Assembly: GCA_026128965.1 (NCBI GenBank)
Contig: JAHCIY010000002.1
Location: forward strand, 1,576,108 to 1,640,107
DNA: 64,000 bases
DNA from: Labilithrix sp.
GTDB lineage: Bacteria > Myxococcota_A > Polyangia > Polyangiales > Polyangiaceae
Direction of reading: 5' to 3'
Within the stretch, counting starts at the first letter, position 1. Each line of letters opens with the position of its first letter. Positions 45,573 to 55,160 of this stretch are shown one piece after another. Under the pieces are notes generated by a model. The model was not told the origin of the DNA. It did no database searches and worked only from the letters and a program-made list of their open reading frames with translations. Both the position numbers and the translations under genes were made by a program.

Positions 45573-46262
45573 CTAGAACACGCTGCCCGCGAAGCAGAAG
45601 TCCTCGGGGGCCTTCGCGTAGTGAGCCTGGATGAAGGCGCCGAGCGTGAGGGGGTCGACGCAGTCGGCGCGGTAGGTGTGGCCCCACGCGGCGGCGGCGA
45701 CGGGGACGTCGTTCGACGAGCGCGGCGCGATGATCACGCGGACGCGGATCGCCTCGCTGCACGACGGATCGGTCGGCACCGCGGCGCGGACGGCGCGGAG
45801 CTGCGTGACCATGTCGGCGCAGGCCGCGCTCGCGTCGTCGTCGCACTCGTAGAAGAGGACCACCGCGCCGTGCTCCATGCTGTGGACGAGGTAGCCGTCG
45901 TCGATCTCGCGGCTATACTCCTGGAAGTTCGCCCACGCCCCGTAGTGCTCGCCGCTCGAAGGCGGGTTCGACGCGTACACGATCGGCGTCCCCACGGCGA
46001 CGTGGTTCGCGCCCGTGATCGGCGGCGCGTCGACGCGGACGTTGCACGGCCCGCCGTCGAGCGGCACCACGAGGACGTCGTCCGCCGCGTCGACCGGCGC
46101 GTCGGCGCCGGCGTCGACCGGGGGATCCGCGTCGACGCCGCCCGCGTCCGGTGGCGCGGCGCCGGGCCGGTCGAGGCGCGCCGGAAGATGCTCGTCGCAC
46201 GACGCCGCGACGAGCGCGAGCACGCCAAGGGCGACGACGACCGCGACGCGACGACACTCCAT
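45573..46262 (-). CDS. DUF3105-like lipoprotein
   Basis: Signal VVVALGVLALVAASC; LVHSMEHGAVV motif. Confidence 0.55.
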   Translation of the reverse strand: MECRRVAVVVALGVLALVAASCDEHLPARLDRPGAAPPDAGGVDADPPVDAGADAPVDAADDVLVVPLDGGPCNVRVDAPPITGANHVAVGTPIVYASNPPSSGEHYGAWANFQEYSREIDDGYLVHSMEHGAVVLFYECDDDASAACADMVTQLRAVRAAVPTDPSCSEAIRVRVIIAPRSSNDVPVAAAAWGHTYRADCVDPLTLGAFIQAHYAKAPEDFCFAGSVF

Positions 46263-46358
46263 TCTCCGGCCCCGCATAGCATCGTTCCGAAACGGCGGCA
46301 TCGAGCCTCAGCCTCGAGGATCCGGATGGAGCTACCTTCGCCGCGAAAGGCGGTCACC

Positions 46359-46982
46359 ATGTCCATCGTCCTCCATCACCATCCGTACTCGCGCGCGGCC
46401 GGCGTCGTCTGGGCGCTCGAAGAGGTCGGCGAGCCGTACGAGCTTCGCTGGGTCGACATCATGAAAGGCGAGCAGAAGTCCGCCGACTACGTCGCGCTCA
46501 ACGGGATGGGCAAGGTGCCCGTCCTCGTCGACGGCGACGCCGTCGTCACCGAGTGCGCCGCGATCGACCTCTACCTCGCGGACAGGTACGCGTACGGCCG
46601 CCTGTCGCCGAAGATGGACGACCCCGCGCGCGGGACGTACCTCCGCTGGTCGTTCTTCGCGCCCTCCGTCGTCGAGCCCGGCGTGACGGCGAAGATGGGC
46701 GGCTGGCAGCTCAAGGACAGCCAGGTCGGCTGGGGCACGTACGACGCGATGCTCGCGGCGATGGAGAAGGCGGTCACCGGTCGCGACTTCCTCCTCGGCT
46801 CCACCTTCTCGATGGCCGACGTCATCTTCGGCGGCACCGTCCGCTACATGCTCATGACGAAGATGCTCGACGCGCGCCCCGCCTTCACCGCGTACGTCGA
46901 GCGCCTCGACGCGCGCCCCGCGCTGAAGCGCGCGGACGAGAAGAACGCCGCGATCGCGAAGGAGCACGGCTTGGGTCAGTGA
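46359..46982 (+). CDS. Glutathione S-transferase
   Basis: 207 aa; N-terminal thioredoxin-like GST fold (VPVLVDGDAVVTECAAIDLYL) and C-terminal helical domain. Confidence 0.8.
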   Translation: MSIVLHHHPYSRAAGVVWALEEVGEPYELRWVDIMKGEQKSADYVALNGMGKVPVLVDGDAVVTECAAIDLYLADRYAYGRLSPKMDDPARGTYLRWSFFAPSVVEPGVTAKMGGWQLKDSQVGWGTYDAMLAAMEKAVTGRDFLLGSTFSMADVIFGGTVRYMLMTKMLDARPAFTAYVERLDARPALKRADEKNAAIAKEHGLGQ

Positions 46983-47584
46983 AGGTCGCGCGCCGCCGCG
47001 GGGGGAGGTTTGTCCCAGGCGATCGTCATCGTGATCGCCTCCCCCGGCGAGCCGGACCAGCGGACCTCGAAGCCGGCGTCCTCGAGCGCGGTCGTGACCT
47101 CCTCGCCGATCTGCTGCGTCGCCTCCCTCTCGAGGCGGAGCGGCTCTCCGCTCAGCCCGCCGAACCGCAAGAGGAGCTCGCCACTCTCGACCGCGCGGTC
47201 GGTGTCTTGCGAGTGGAAGTAGACGTAGCCGCGCACCTCCTCGCCCGCCTCGAGCGCCTCCGCGATCTCTTCGTCGATCGCGGCGTACGCGCACGACTGG
47301 CAGCACCAGTAGTTCTCGCGCGCGAAGATGCCGCTGTCTTCGAGGAGGTCGAAGACGTCGCTCAGACGATCGTAGGCCGACGCGCCGGCGAGCTGCAGCT
47401 CCCGTCGCCGCTCCCGCATCTTCGCGTCGACGAGCTCCGCGAGCTGGCTCTCGTCGATCTCGAGGTCCTCGCGATCGACCTCGTCTTCCATGAGCGCGCG
47501 CACGATCTGATCGGCCGTGAGGTAGCCGCCACGGACCATCGTCGAGATCCACTCCTCCTGCTCCGGCGTCATCCGACGATCCAT
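46976..47584 (-). CDS. Hypothetical acidic protein
   Basis: 202 aa, Glu/Asp-rich, protein-like. Confidence 0.5.
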   Translation of the reverse strand: MDRRMTPEQEEWISTMVRGGYLTADQIVRALMEDEVDREDLEIDESQLAELVDAKMRERRRELQLAGASAYDRLSDVFDLLEDSGIFARENYWCCQSCAYAAIDEEIAEALEAGEEVRGYVYFHSQDTDRAVESGELLLRFGGLSGEPLRLEREATQQIGEEVTTALEDAGFEVRWSGSPGEAITMTIAWDKPPPAAARDLH

Positions 47585-47634
47585 TGGAGCACGGCGGGTT
47601 CACGCTGGCATCAGCTGTATAGTGATCGAGGGCG

Positions 47635-48774
47635 ATGCGGTTTCCGGCCTATCTCAGCGTGAATCGCGTCGCGCTGCCGCGGCTCTTCTCGCGGATCTTC
47701 AAGGGCCTCTACGTCCTCAACGGCCTCTTGATGGTGGCGCTCCGGTTCAATTGGCTCGGCCCGGATCTGTACTCCGTCTACGGGCTCGTGTCGGTGACGA
47801 GCTTCGTCGCGATCGTCGCGAGCTTCGTCCTCTCCTTCGTCGACTCGTTCCATCGCGGCGAGGTCGAGGTGACGCCGGACGCGGTCGTCCTCCGGCGCGA
47901 GCGGAAGGGGACGCGCATCGTCCCGCGCTCGTCGATCGTGAGCGCGCTCGCGGTCCATCGCCCGCACCCCGGCGTCCACGTCTCCACCGTGGAGCTCACG
48001 CTCGCGAACGGCGACCGCCTCCACCTCCGCCTGAACGACGCCGCCGCGGCGGCGACGATCGTGAGCGCGCTCGGCTTCGGGCCCGAGGGCGCGCGCCTCC
48101 CTGTCGACCTCGCGATGCCGTCGCGGCGGTGGCTCCACCTCTTGCTCGGGTTCGGCGTCTACGCCTTCGCGATGGTCGTGTCCGCTTTCCTTCTCGCCGC
48201 TTCGCGGGGCCGGGAGGTCGACGCGCTCCAGGCCGGGAGCGCGCTCCTCCAGATGGCGCTCTACGTGCCGCTCGTGAAGCTGCTCGCCGCGCCGCGCGTG
48301 GTCGTCGGTCGTGACGGGGTCCTCGTCGAGCGCGGCTGGAAGCGGAAGGCGTACCGCGCCGGCGACCCCGCCCTTCCGAACGTCCTTCGCGGGATCGGCG
48401 TCGACGGCGCTCGCGTCGACGCCGTCGTCCACGCCGCTCGCGAGCGCGCCGTGGGCGGCGGCGCGGCGATCGGCGCGCTCTTCGAGCGCGGCGGCCTCTC
48501 GCTCCCGGAGTGGCGCGCGCGCATCGTCTCCGCGCTGGACGGCGGCTACCGCGCGAGCGGCAACGTCACCGAGCTCGCGCGGTCGGTGCTCGCGAGCGCC
48601 GACGTCACGCCGGACGAGCGCGTCGGCGCGGCCCTCGCCCTCCGCGTGGCCGGCGACGTCGAGCCGGTCCGCCGCGCGGCGGTGGCTACGGCGGACGATC
48701 GCGTCCGCGTGGTCCTCGACGCGATGGCGGACGGCGCCGACGACGTCGTCGAGAGGCGCCTCCGCGAGCTTTGA
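47635..48774 (+). CDS. Hypothetical membrane protein
   Basis: 379 aa, N-terminal TM helices. Confidence 0.5.
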   Translation: MRFPAYLSVNRVALPRLFSRIFKGLYVLNGLLMVALRFNWLGPDLYSVYGLVSVTSFVAIVASFVLSFVDSFHRGEVEVTPDAVVLRRERKGTRIVPRSSIVSALAVHRPHPGVHVSTVELTLANGDRLHLRLNDAAAAATIVSALGFGPEGARLPVDLAMPSRRWLHLLLGFGVYAFAMVVSAFLLAASRGREVDALQAGSALLQMALYVPLVKLLAAPRVVVGRDGVLVERGWKRKAYRAGDPALPNVLRGIGVDGARVDAVVHAARERAVGGGAAIGALFERGGLSLPEWRARIVSALDGGYRASGNVTELARSVLASADVTPDERVGAALALRVAGDVEPVRRAAVATADDRVRVVLDAMADGADDVVERRLREL

Positions 48775-48822
48775 TGGAGGAGTTGCCGCGGCGGCGAGCG
48801 GGCGATAAATCCAAAGGTCGGC

Positions 48823-50055
48823 ATGTCGAATCTTGCACGCTTTCCCTTGGTCGCCGGCGTCCTCCTCCTCGGAGCGATCGGCTTCGCGTGCGGGTCCGAC
48901 AAGAAGGTCGTCTACGTCTCGGTCCCGCCCGACGCCGGGCCGCTCGAGCCCGCGGCGTGCGCCCTCGACGAGGAGTGTCCGGTCGAAGGCGAGACGTGCG
49001 ACGTCGCGGCGGCGACGTGCGTGCCGATCGGCGACGGCAGCGAGATCGGCACCGGCGACGGGACGCCCGGCTCGGTCAAGCTGACGACGATCTACACCGC
49101 GGAGAAGGGCGCCGCGGTGCAGCTCGTCGACGTCCAGTTCAACGGCGACGATCCGACCGAGGCGTGGGCGATCGGCTACGGCAACGACTCCGTTCACGTC
49201 GGCAAGGGGATCTCGGAGACGTCGCCGGGGACGTGGGAAGAGATCATCGATCCCGCGGCGGTGCACTTCATGCACAAGCCGCCGGCGTTCGCGTGGGGAG
49301 CGAACGGCTTCTGGGGCATCTGCGGCGACAACGACAACGCGCAGAACGATCCGCGCCTCCTCGGCAACTACTTCATGGGCCCGGCGCTCTTCACGTCGGA
49401 CCTCTCGGTCTTCGCGAAGCCCACGCCGGGCGGGCTCGGCTCCCACTACGACATGCTGCACAACACGTCGATGTGCCGCGGCATCGCGCACGTCGAGAGG
49501 AACGTGTTCTGGGTGTTCAACGGCGAGCTCGGCGCGCTCGAGCGCTACAACTTCAACAAGCCCCACGGTCCGGGCGAGGACGACCACAGCGACGGCGAGA
49601 TCTACCGGTACGCGGTCGAGCAGGTGAAGGGCGTCGACGGCGTCTCGAGCCACGTCTTCTACGATCCCGCCGACCGGTTCTTGTACGTCGCGGACACCGG
49701 CAACGCCCGCATCGTCCGGCTCGACACGACCAAGGGCACCGAAGGCAAGGAGCTCCCGCGCAAGAACGAGATCCTGAAGAAGGGTGTCGTGATGAACGGC
49801 ACCGCGGTCGAGGAGGTGGTCGCGCCCGGCTTCCTGACGCACCCGAGCGGCCTCGAGGTCCGCCGCGGCGTCATCTACGTCACCGACGCGGCGACGGGGG
49901 CCTTCTACGCGTTCGACAAATCCGGCAACCCGCTGCGCTCCCTCGACACCGGCCTCGGCCGCGGCGCGCTCTCCGGATTTACCTTCGGGCCGGACGGGAA
50001 GATCTGGCTGACGGATCGAAAGCAAGGAAACGTCCTCCGGCTCGACGCGCTCTGA
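48823..50055 (+). CDS. Lipoprotein with NHL/SMP-30-like beta-propeller
   Basis: Signal LLLGAIGFACGS; repeated YVADTGNARIVRLD / IYVTDAATGAFYAFD NHL-like blades. Confidence 0.65.
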   Translation: MSNLARFPLVAGVLLLGAIGFACGSDKKVVYVSVPPDAGPLEPAACALDEECPVEGETCDVAAATCVPIGDGSEIGTGDGTPGSVKLTTIYTAEKGAAVQLVDVQFNGDDPTEAWAIGYGNDSVHVGKGISETSPGTWEEIIDPAAVHFMHKPPAFAWGANGFWGICGDNDNAQNDPRLLGNYFMGPALFTSDLSVFAKPTPGGLGSHYDMLHNTSMCRGIAHVERNVFWVFNGELGALERYNFNKPHGPGEDDHSDGEIYRYAVEQVKGVDGVSSHVFYDPADRFLYVADTGNARIVRLDTTKGTEGKELPRKNEILKKGVVMNGTAVEEVVAPGFLTHPSGLEVRRGVIYVTDAATGAFYAFDKSGNPLRSLDTGLGRGALSGFTFGPDGKIWLTDRKQGNVLRLDAL

Positions 50056-50067
50056 TTCTGATTTGAG

Positions 50068-50898
50068 CTACCAAACGAATCGGTCGAGGACGAAGTCGGG
50101 GGTGACGTGCTCGCGCTCGAAGAGGGCGTCGAGGGCGGAGGGGGCCACGCCGGCGTGCACGCCGGAGCGCGCGACGAGGGCGGAGGGGAGCCCGGCGTCG
50201 CGGGCGCCGCGGACGTCGGTCTCGAGCGTGTCGCCGAGCGCGAGGATGCGCGTCGCGTCGATCCGCCGCCGCGCCTCGGCGTAGATCGGCGCGTACGGCT
50301 TGCCGTAGAGGAAGATCGGGCCGCCGAGCTCGGCGTAGGCGTGCGCGACCGCGCCGGGCCCGAGCTTCGGACCGCCGGCGGTCGGGATCACGCGATCGGG
50401 GTTCGTGCACACGAGCGGCACCTTGCGCGCGGCGGCGCTCGCGAGGTGCGCGCGCGCGGCGTCGAGCTCGGCGTCGTCCGCCACCGCGCCAGTCGCGACG
50501 ACGAGGTCGGCGTCGGCGACGTCGTCGGTGAAGGCGAGATCGAGCGCGAAGAGCCACGGCACGAACGACGCTGCGCCGTAGTGATAGCAGCGCGGCGCGC
50601 GCGGCAGCGGCGGCGCGCGGAGGGCGAGCGCGGCGCGCGTCACGTCGCCGGCGGTGACGACGTCGTGGAAGAGCGCGCGATCGATCCCCATCCCGCCGAG
50701 CGTCGCCGCGACCGCGTTACCGAGCCGCGACGTGTTGGTGAGGAGGACGACCTCGCGCCCCGCCGCGGCGAGCCCTTCGAGCGCGCCGACGACCCCGTCG
50801 AAGGGCCCGTCGCCATGATGAAGGACGCCCCAGACGTCCACGAAGAACGCATCGAACCTCGGCGCGAGCTCACGGAGACCGGAGGCACGAGTCGGCAT
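50068..50898 (-). CDS. HAD-superfamily hydrolase, subfamily IIA
   Basis: FFVDVWGVLHHG (DxD-like motif I variant), LTNTS, GKP...LALGDTLETD. Confidence 0.75.
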   Translation of the reverse strand: MPTRASGLRELAPRFDAFFVDVWGVLHHGDGPFDGVVGALEGLAAAGREVVLLTNTSRLGNAVAATLGGMGIDRALFHDVVTAGDVTRAALALRAPPLPRAPRCYHYGAASFVPWLFALDLAFTDDVADADLVVATGAVADDAELDAARAHLASAAARKVPLVCTNPDRVIPTAGGPKLGPGAVAHAYAELGGPIFLYGKPYAPIYAEARRRIDATRILALGDTLETDVRGARDAGLPSALVARSGVHAGVAPSALDALFEREHVTPDFVLDRFVW

Positions 50899-50921
50899 GG
50901 TCGCGCTTCGATCCTACCTCG

Positions 50922-51536
50922 TCAGACGAGGAGCACGCGGTCGAGGGTCTGCTGGAGCTCGATCAGGTCGACGAGGTTCTCGACGTAGTCGAGGTCGGTG
51001 GTGTCGATGCGGACGATCGGGCCGAGGTCGTAGCCGTCGAACCACGCGCTGTAGAGACGGTGGAGGCGGCGGAGGTAGGGCGTCGGGATCGCCTGCTCCA
51101 TCTCGCGGCCGCGGCGGGCGATGCGCTTCTTCGACGTCGCGAGGCTGCAGGTGACGGCGATGAGCACGTCGGGCGGCGGGAGCGTCCGCTTGATGCCCTC
51201 GTAGAGCTTCTCGTAGACCTTCCAGTCGCGGGCGCTCAGGTAGCGCTGGTCCTTGAGGCTGCGCGCGAAGATCTCCGCGTCCTCGTAGATCGTGCGGTCG
51301 ATCACGGCGGGCGCCGTGCTCGCGAGGAGCTCCTGATGGAGCGCGAGCTTGTGCGCGAGGAAGAACATCTGGGAGTGGAAGGCCCAGGTCTTCATGTCGC
51401 GATAGAAGTCGGCGAGGTACGGGTTCTCGTCGTTGGGCTCGTAGTATGGGACGAGGCCGTACCGCTTCACGAGCCACGCCACGAGCGAGCTCTTGCCCGA
51501 TCCGATCGTCCCCGCCACCGCGACGTAGCGCTTCAC
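50922..51536 (-). CDS. Deoxynucleoside kinase (dAK/dGK/dCK family)
   Basis: P-loop AVAGTIGSGKSS; ERS-like motif DRTIYED; LID Arg-rich RIARRGRE. Confidence 0.85.
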   Translation of the reverse strand: MKRYVAVAGTIGSGKSSLVAWLVKRYGLVPYYEPNDENPYLADFYRDMKTWAFHSQMFFLAHKLALHQELLASTAPAVIDRTIYEDAEIFARSLKDQRYLSARDWKVYEKLYEGIKRTLPPPDVLIAVTCSLATSKKRIARRGREMEQAIPTPYLRRLHRLYSAWFDGYDLGPIVRIDTTDLDYVENLVDLIELQQTLDRVLLV

Positions 51537-51548
51537 CGAGGCGGCAGT

Positions 51549-52568
51549 CTAGCGGCTCTCGGAGCGATGCCGCATCCCCTTGCCGACGCGGCGGAGGAGC
51601 GACGTCAGCCGGCGCCCCGACTCGACGAGGGAAGGGCGCGCCGCGCGCAGCGTCACGAGGCGGCGCCGCTCGAGCGAGAGCGCCGTCTTGTAGTCGAGGA
51701 CGCCGGCGAGGAAGTCGTACTCGCGCAGGCCGTCCTCGATCGCGGCGCGGACGAGGAGCGCCTGCAGCGTCACCCCGACGCGGACGTCCTCCGGGACGCC
51801 GCGCGCGTGCCCGCTCTGGTAGTGCCACGCGCGGCCGTTCCAGCGAAGGTTGTAGAACGCAGCGATTGGCTCGCCGCGGACGGAGAGCCACCCGGCGTCG
51901 AGCGCGCCGAGGGCGAGGAGCTCCGGCATCACGCGCTCGTGGAAGCGGCGGAAGCGGGCGGACGCGTACACGCCGCCGCCGGGGTGGTGCGCGCGATGGA
52001 GCGCCTCGAGGACGCGGCGCGCCTCCGCGAGCTCCTCCGCCGTGCGCGCGCGCACGAGCGCCGGCGCGCCCCAGCGCTCGAGCGCGTCGAGCCAGCGCGT
52101 GAGGCGCTCGCGGCGCGGCGGGTCGAGCTGCGCGAGGTACTCGTCCCACGTGCGCGGGAGCGGGATCCACGGCGCGATCGCGCGCTCCTCCACCGCGACG
52201 AAGAGGCGCCGCGCCTCGAGCTCGGACGCGAGTCGCTCCGTGAGCGCGCTCTCGTCGTTCATGCCCGGGATCACCAGCTCGTCCCACGCTCCGAAGCGGC
52301 CGTCGCGGAGCGTGCGCGCGAAGGCGGACACCACCGCGCCCTCCGCGCCGCGCGCGGCGATGAGGCCGAGGTGCTCCGAGCACGTCTCGTCGGCTTCGTC
52401 CTCGCCCGACGCGAGGGACTCGAGGCGGCGGAAGCGGAGGCGCGGGGGATGGACGAACGGCCGCGCGAGCAGCGGCGCGAGCCCGACGAGGCGGCTGCCT
52501 TCGTAGAACGCGATCGTGCAGAGGCGGCGGCCGCCGGCGTCGCCGAACGCGTCCCACCACGCGAGCAT
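51549..52568 (-). CDS. GNAT-fold acetyltransferase, CelD/BioF2-like; N-terminus probably extends upstream of the first ATG
   Basis: Family hallmark TWMLAWW lies right at the annotated ATG; the in-frame upstream 115 nt (to a TGA near 52696) translate to family-like ...LIDDPERLRALATDWAALLEESATNEITLHPTW but contain no ATG/GTG/TTG. Confidence 0.65.
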   Translation of the reverse strand: MLAWWDAFGDAGGRRLCTIAFYEGSRLVGLAPLLARPFVHPPRLRFRRLESLASGEDEADETCSEHLGLIAARGAEGAVVSAFARTLRDGRFGAWDELVIPGMNDESALTERLASELEARRLFVAVEERAIAPWIPLPRTWDEYLAQLDPPRRERLTRWLDALERWGAPALVRARTAEELAEARRVLEALHRAHHPGGGVYASARFRRFHERVMPELLALGALDAGWLSVRGEPIAAFYNLRWNGRAWHYQSGHARGVPEDVRVGVTLQALLVRAAIEDGLREYDFLAGVLDYKTALSLERRRLVTLRAARPSLVESGRRLTSLLRRVGKGMRHRSESR

Positions 52569-52683
52569 CCAGGTCGGATGGAGCGTGATCTCGTTCGTCG
52601 CGCTCTCCTCGAGGAGCGCGGCCCAGTCGGTCGCGAGCGCGCGCAGCCGCTCCGGATCGTCGATCAGGACCGGCGAGAGCAGC

Positions 52684-53271
52684 TCACGGCCCCTTGCGTG
52701 TCACGAGGAACTGCTCGCCGCTCGCGCTCGAGAGGCACATCGCGACGAGCTTGTCGTCTTCGATCCGCGAGCTCGTCACGAAGTAGAAGTCCTTGCCGAA
52801 CGGCAGGCCGGACGCGTCTTCGAACGAGAGGAACGCGCCGAGCGCGGGGTTGTCCATCAGCGTCGTGATCGTACCCGTTTGTCCCGCGCACGCGTCGCTC
52901 GTCATCGGCAGCGGGCTGTCCTTCGTGAGGCTCGAGCCGTCGCCGATCGCGACGAAGTCCATGCACGGCGCGGTCACGTCGCGCGTGTAGCTCGCGTTCT
53001 TGCCCGCCCAGCCCGCGATGTCCTCGAGCGCGCCGATCGTGAACCCTCGCATCGTGTTCGCCGCCGACGCCCCGACGCGCTCGTAGGTGCCGGGCAGCGC
53101 GAGCATCGCTTCTTCCGGGAACGAGCCGGGCTTCGTGCAGTCGAGGACGGGACCGGTGTCGGTCATCTGCGCCTCCGACGACGTCGTGGGTTCGTCGTTC
53201 GCGCTCGTGCACGCGACGGCGGAGGGGAGGAGCACGAGGCAAAAGATCGCGTGGAGCGGCCGCATGCCCAC
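52684..53271 (-). CDS. Hypothetical lipoprotein
   Basis: Signal LVLLPSAVACTS; 195 aa. Confidence 0.5.
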   Translation of the reverse strand: MGMRPLHAIFCLVLLPSAVACTSANDEPTTSSEAQMTDTGPVLDCTKPGSFPEEAMLALPGTYERVGASAANTMRGFTIGALEDIAGWAGKNASYTRDVTAPCMDFVAIGDGSSLTKDSPLPMTSDACAGQTGTITTLMDNPALGAFLSFEDASGLPFGKDFYFVTSSRIEDDKLVAMCLSSASGEQFLVTRKGP

Positions 53272-53415
53272 CTACGAAGCAACATGGGTACCACAGGTGG
53301 GACAGAGTGCGTGCTGAAGGATTCTCGATGGTTGGGCGGCTCAAAAACCTGAAATTCGTGGGTTCGATCGGTCCGATCATGGTGTGCGCGTCCCTGCGAT
53401 AGTCTCGGTTCGAGC

Positions 53416-55005
53416 TTGGAACGGTCGACCGAAGAACAGGTGCTCGGCGCGAGCCCGCGCGAAGGTGGCCTTCGCGACCAGACCCCGACCGGCGTTCTCC
53501 TCTTCCTCACGCTCGGGCTCCTCCTCTCTCTCCTCGCGCTCAGCATCTCGCGCGGCGCGTACCTCCGCGCGGTCGATCAGGTCACGCGCTCGACGGAGGT
53601 GAAGCTCACGATCGCGGAGGCGCGCATCGCGGTCGACGAGGCGCGGCCCGATCGCGCGAAGGAGGCGTTCAAGCGGCTCCACGATCTCACGGCGGACGAC
53701 GCGCGGCAGCAGGCGCGCGCGGACGCGCTCCGCTACGACGAGGCGAACGTCCGCGCGGTGCGCATCCAGCTCGACGTGATGAGGGGCGACGAGGACGCCG
53801 CGCTCGCGGTGCTCGAGGCGGACGCGCGGAGCAAGCGCAACGTCGAGGGGATGGTGCTGCTCTTCTGCACCTTCTTCGCGCTCGCCTTCGCGGCGGCGGC
53901 CTACTTCGTCATCCAGAGCGGACGGCAGGACATGAAGCGCCAGAACGCGCTCCTCGGCTCGATCCTCGACAGCATCGGCGACGCGGTCGCGGCGGTCGAC
54001 CGCGACGGCAAGTGCGTCGTCGTGAACGCGGAGTTCCGGCGCATGTTCGGGGTCGGCTTCGGGCAGGGACAGATCGGGATCGACGAGGCGATCCGGAACG
54101 GCGTCCGCCGCGTCGACGGCACGCCGTTCGACTTCGGCGACGGCCCGTTCGGCCGCGCGCTCCGCGGCGAGGCGCTCGACAACCTCGAGGTGACGCTCCC
54201 CTCCGACGGGAAGGAGCGCGTCCATCTCAGCGCGACCAGCCGCCCGGTGCGCAACGAGCGGCGCGAGGTCCTCGCCGGCGTCGTCGTCTTCCGCGACGTG
54301 ACGCGCGAGCGAAACGACCTCGAGCTCCTCGCGCTGCAAGCGGCCGAGCTCCAGGTGCAATCGCTCAGCGACGAGCTCACCGGCCTCTACAACCGTCGCG
54401 GCTTCACCGTCCTCTCGAACCAGTACGCCCGCACCGCGATCCGCGCGAACCGTCCCTTCGCGATCCTGTTCTGCGACCTCAACGGCCTGAAGACGATCAA
54501 CGACACGTACGGCCACGAGGCGGGCGACGACGCGATCCAGCGCATGGCCGCGGTGTTGAAGGCGACGTTCCGCGAGTCGGACATCGTCGCGCGCCTCGGC
54601 GGCGACGAGTACGTCGCGCTCGTCGACGGCGCGGACGAGTCTTCGATCGCGACCGTCCTCGACCGCCTCCGCGCCGAGATGGACAAGGACGCGAAGCAAC
54701 ACGACACGCCGTATCGTCTTCACAGCAGCACCGGCGCCGCGTTCCAGCCCGCCGGCGGCAAGGCGACGATCGACGAGCTCCTCACCCTCGCCGACGAGCG
54801 CATGTACTCGGAGAAGAAGACGGCGAAGGAGTCCCGCGACGGCAAGGCCCGCGAAGAGGAGAAGCGAGCCGCCGCCCTCCGCGAAGCCAAGCTGAAGGAG
54901 GCCCAAGCCCGCCTCAAGCACGCCCAGGCAGTAACCCGCACCGCCGCGCACCCACCCCCCTCCTCGGCCCGCATCCCCCGCCCGACCCCCCGCGCAAAGG
55001 CGTGA
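53416..55005 (+). CDS. Membrane-anchored PAS-GGDEF diguanylate cyclase
   Basis: TM helices; PAS (LGSILDSIGDAVAAVDRDG); GGDEF (RLGGDEY), DLNGLKTINDTYGH. Confidence 0.8.
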   Translation: MERSTEEQVLGASPREGGLRDQTPTGVLLFLTLGLLLSLLALSISRGAYLRAVDQVTRSTEVKLTIAEARIAVDEARPDRAKEAFKRLHDLTADDARQQARADALRYDEANVRAVRIQLDVMRGDEDAALAVLEADARSKRNVEGMVLLFCTFFALAFAAAAYFVIQSGRQDMKRQNALLGSILDSIGDAVAAVDRDGKCVVVNAEFRRMFGVGFGQGQIGIDEAIRNGVRRVDGTPFDFGDGPFGRALRGEALDNLEVTLPSDGKERVHLSATSRPVRNERREVLAGVVVFRDVTRERNDLELLALQAAELQVQSLSDELTGLYNRRGFTVLSNQYARTAIRANRPFAILFCDLNGLKTINDTYGHEAGDDAIQRMAAVLKATFRESDIVARLGGDEYVALVDGADESSIATVLDRLRAEMDKDAKQHDTPYRLHSSTGAAFQPAGGKATIDELLTLADERMYSEKKTAKESRDGKAREEEKRAAALREAKLKEAQARLKHAQAVTRTAAHPPPSSARIPRPTPRAKA

Positions 55006-55160
55006 GCCTCGCGCGCCCCCGAACCTTCAACGGAGCCCAGCGTGCTCGCGGCTCGCGTCTCCGTGTGGGCTACGGGTGATCGGCGTGTAACGAGGTCATT
55101 ACACGGAATAGCCGCGGATCGTCGGGTTTTGACGGGGTTTCTCGACGGCATCGGGATTGC

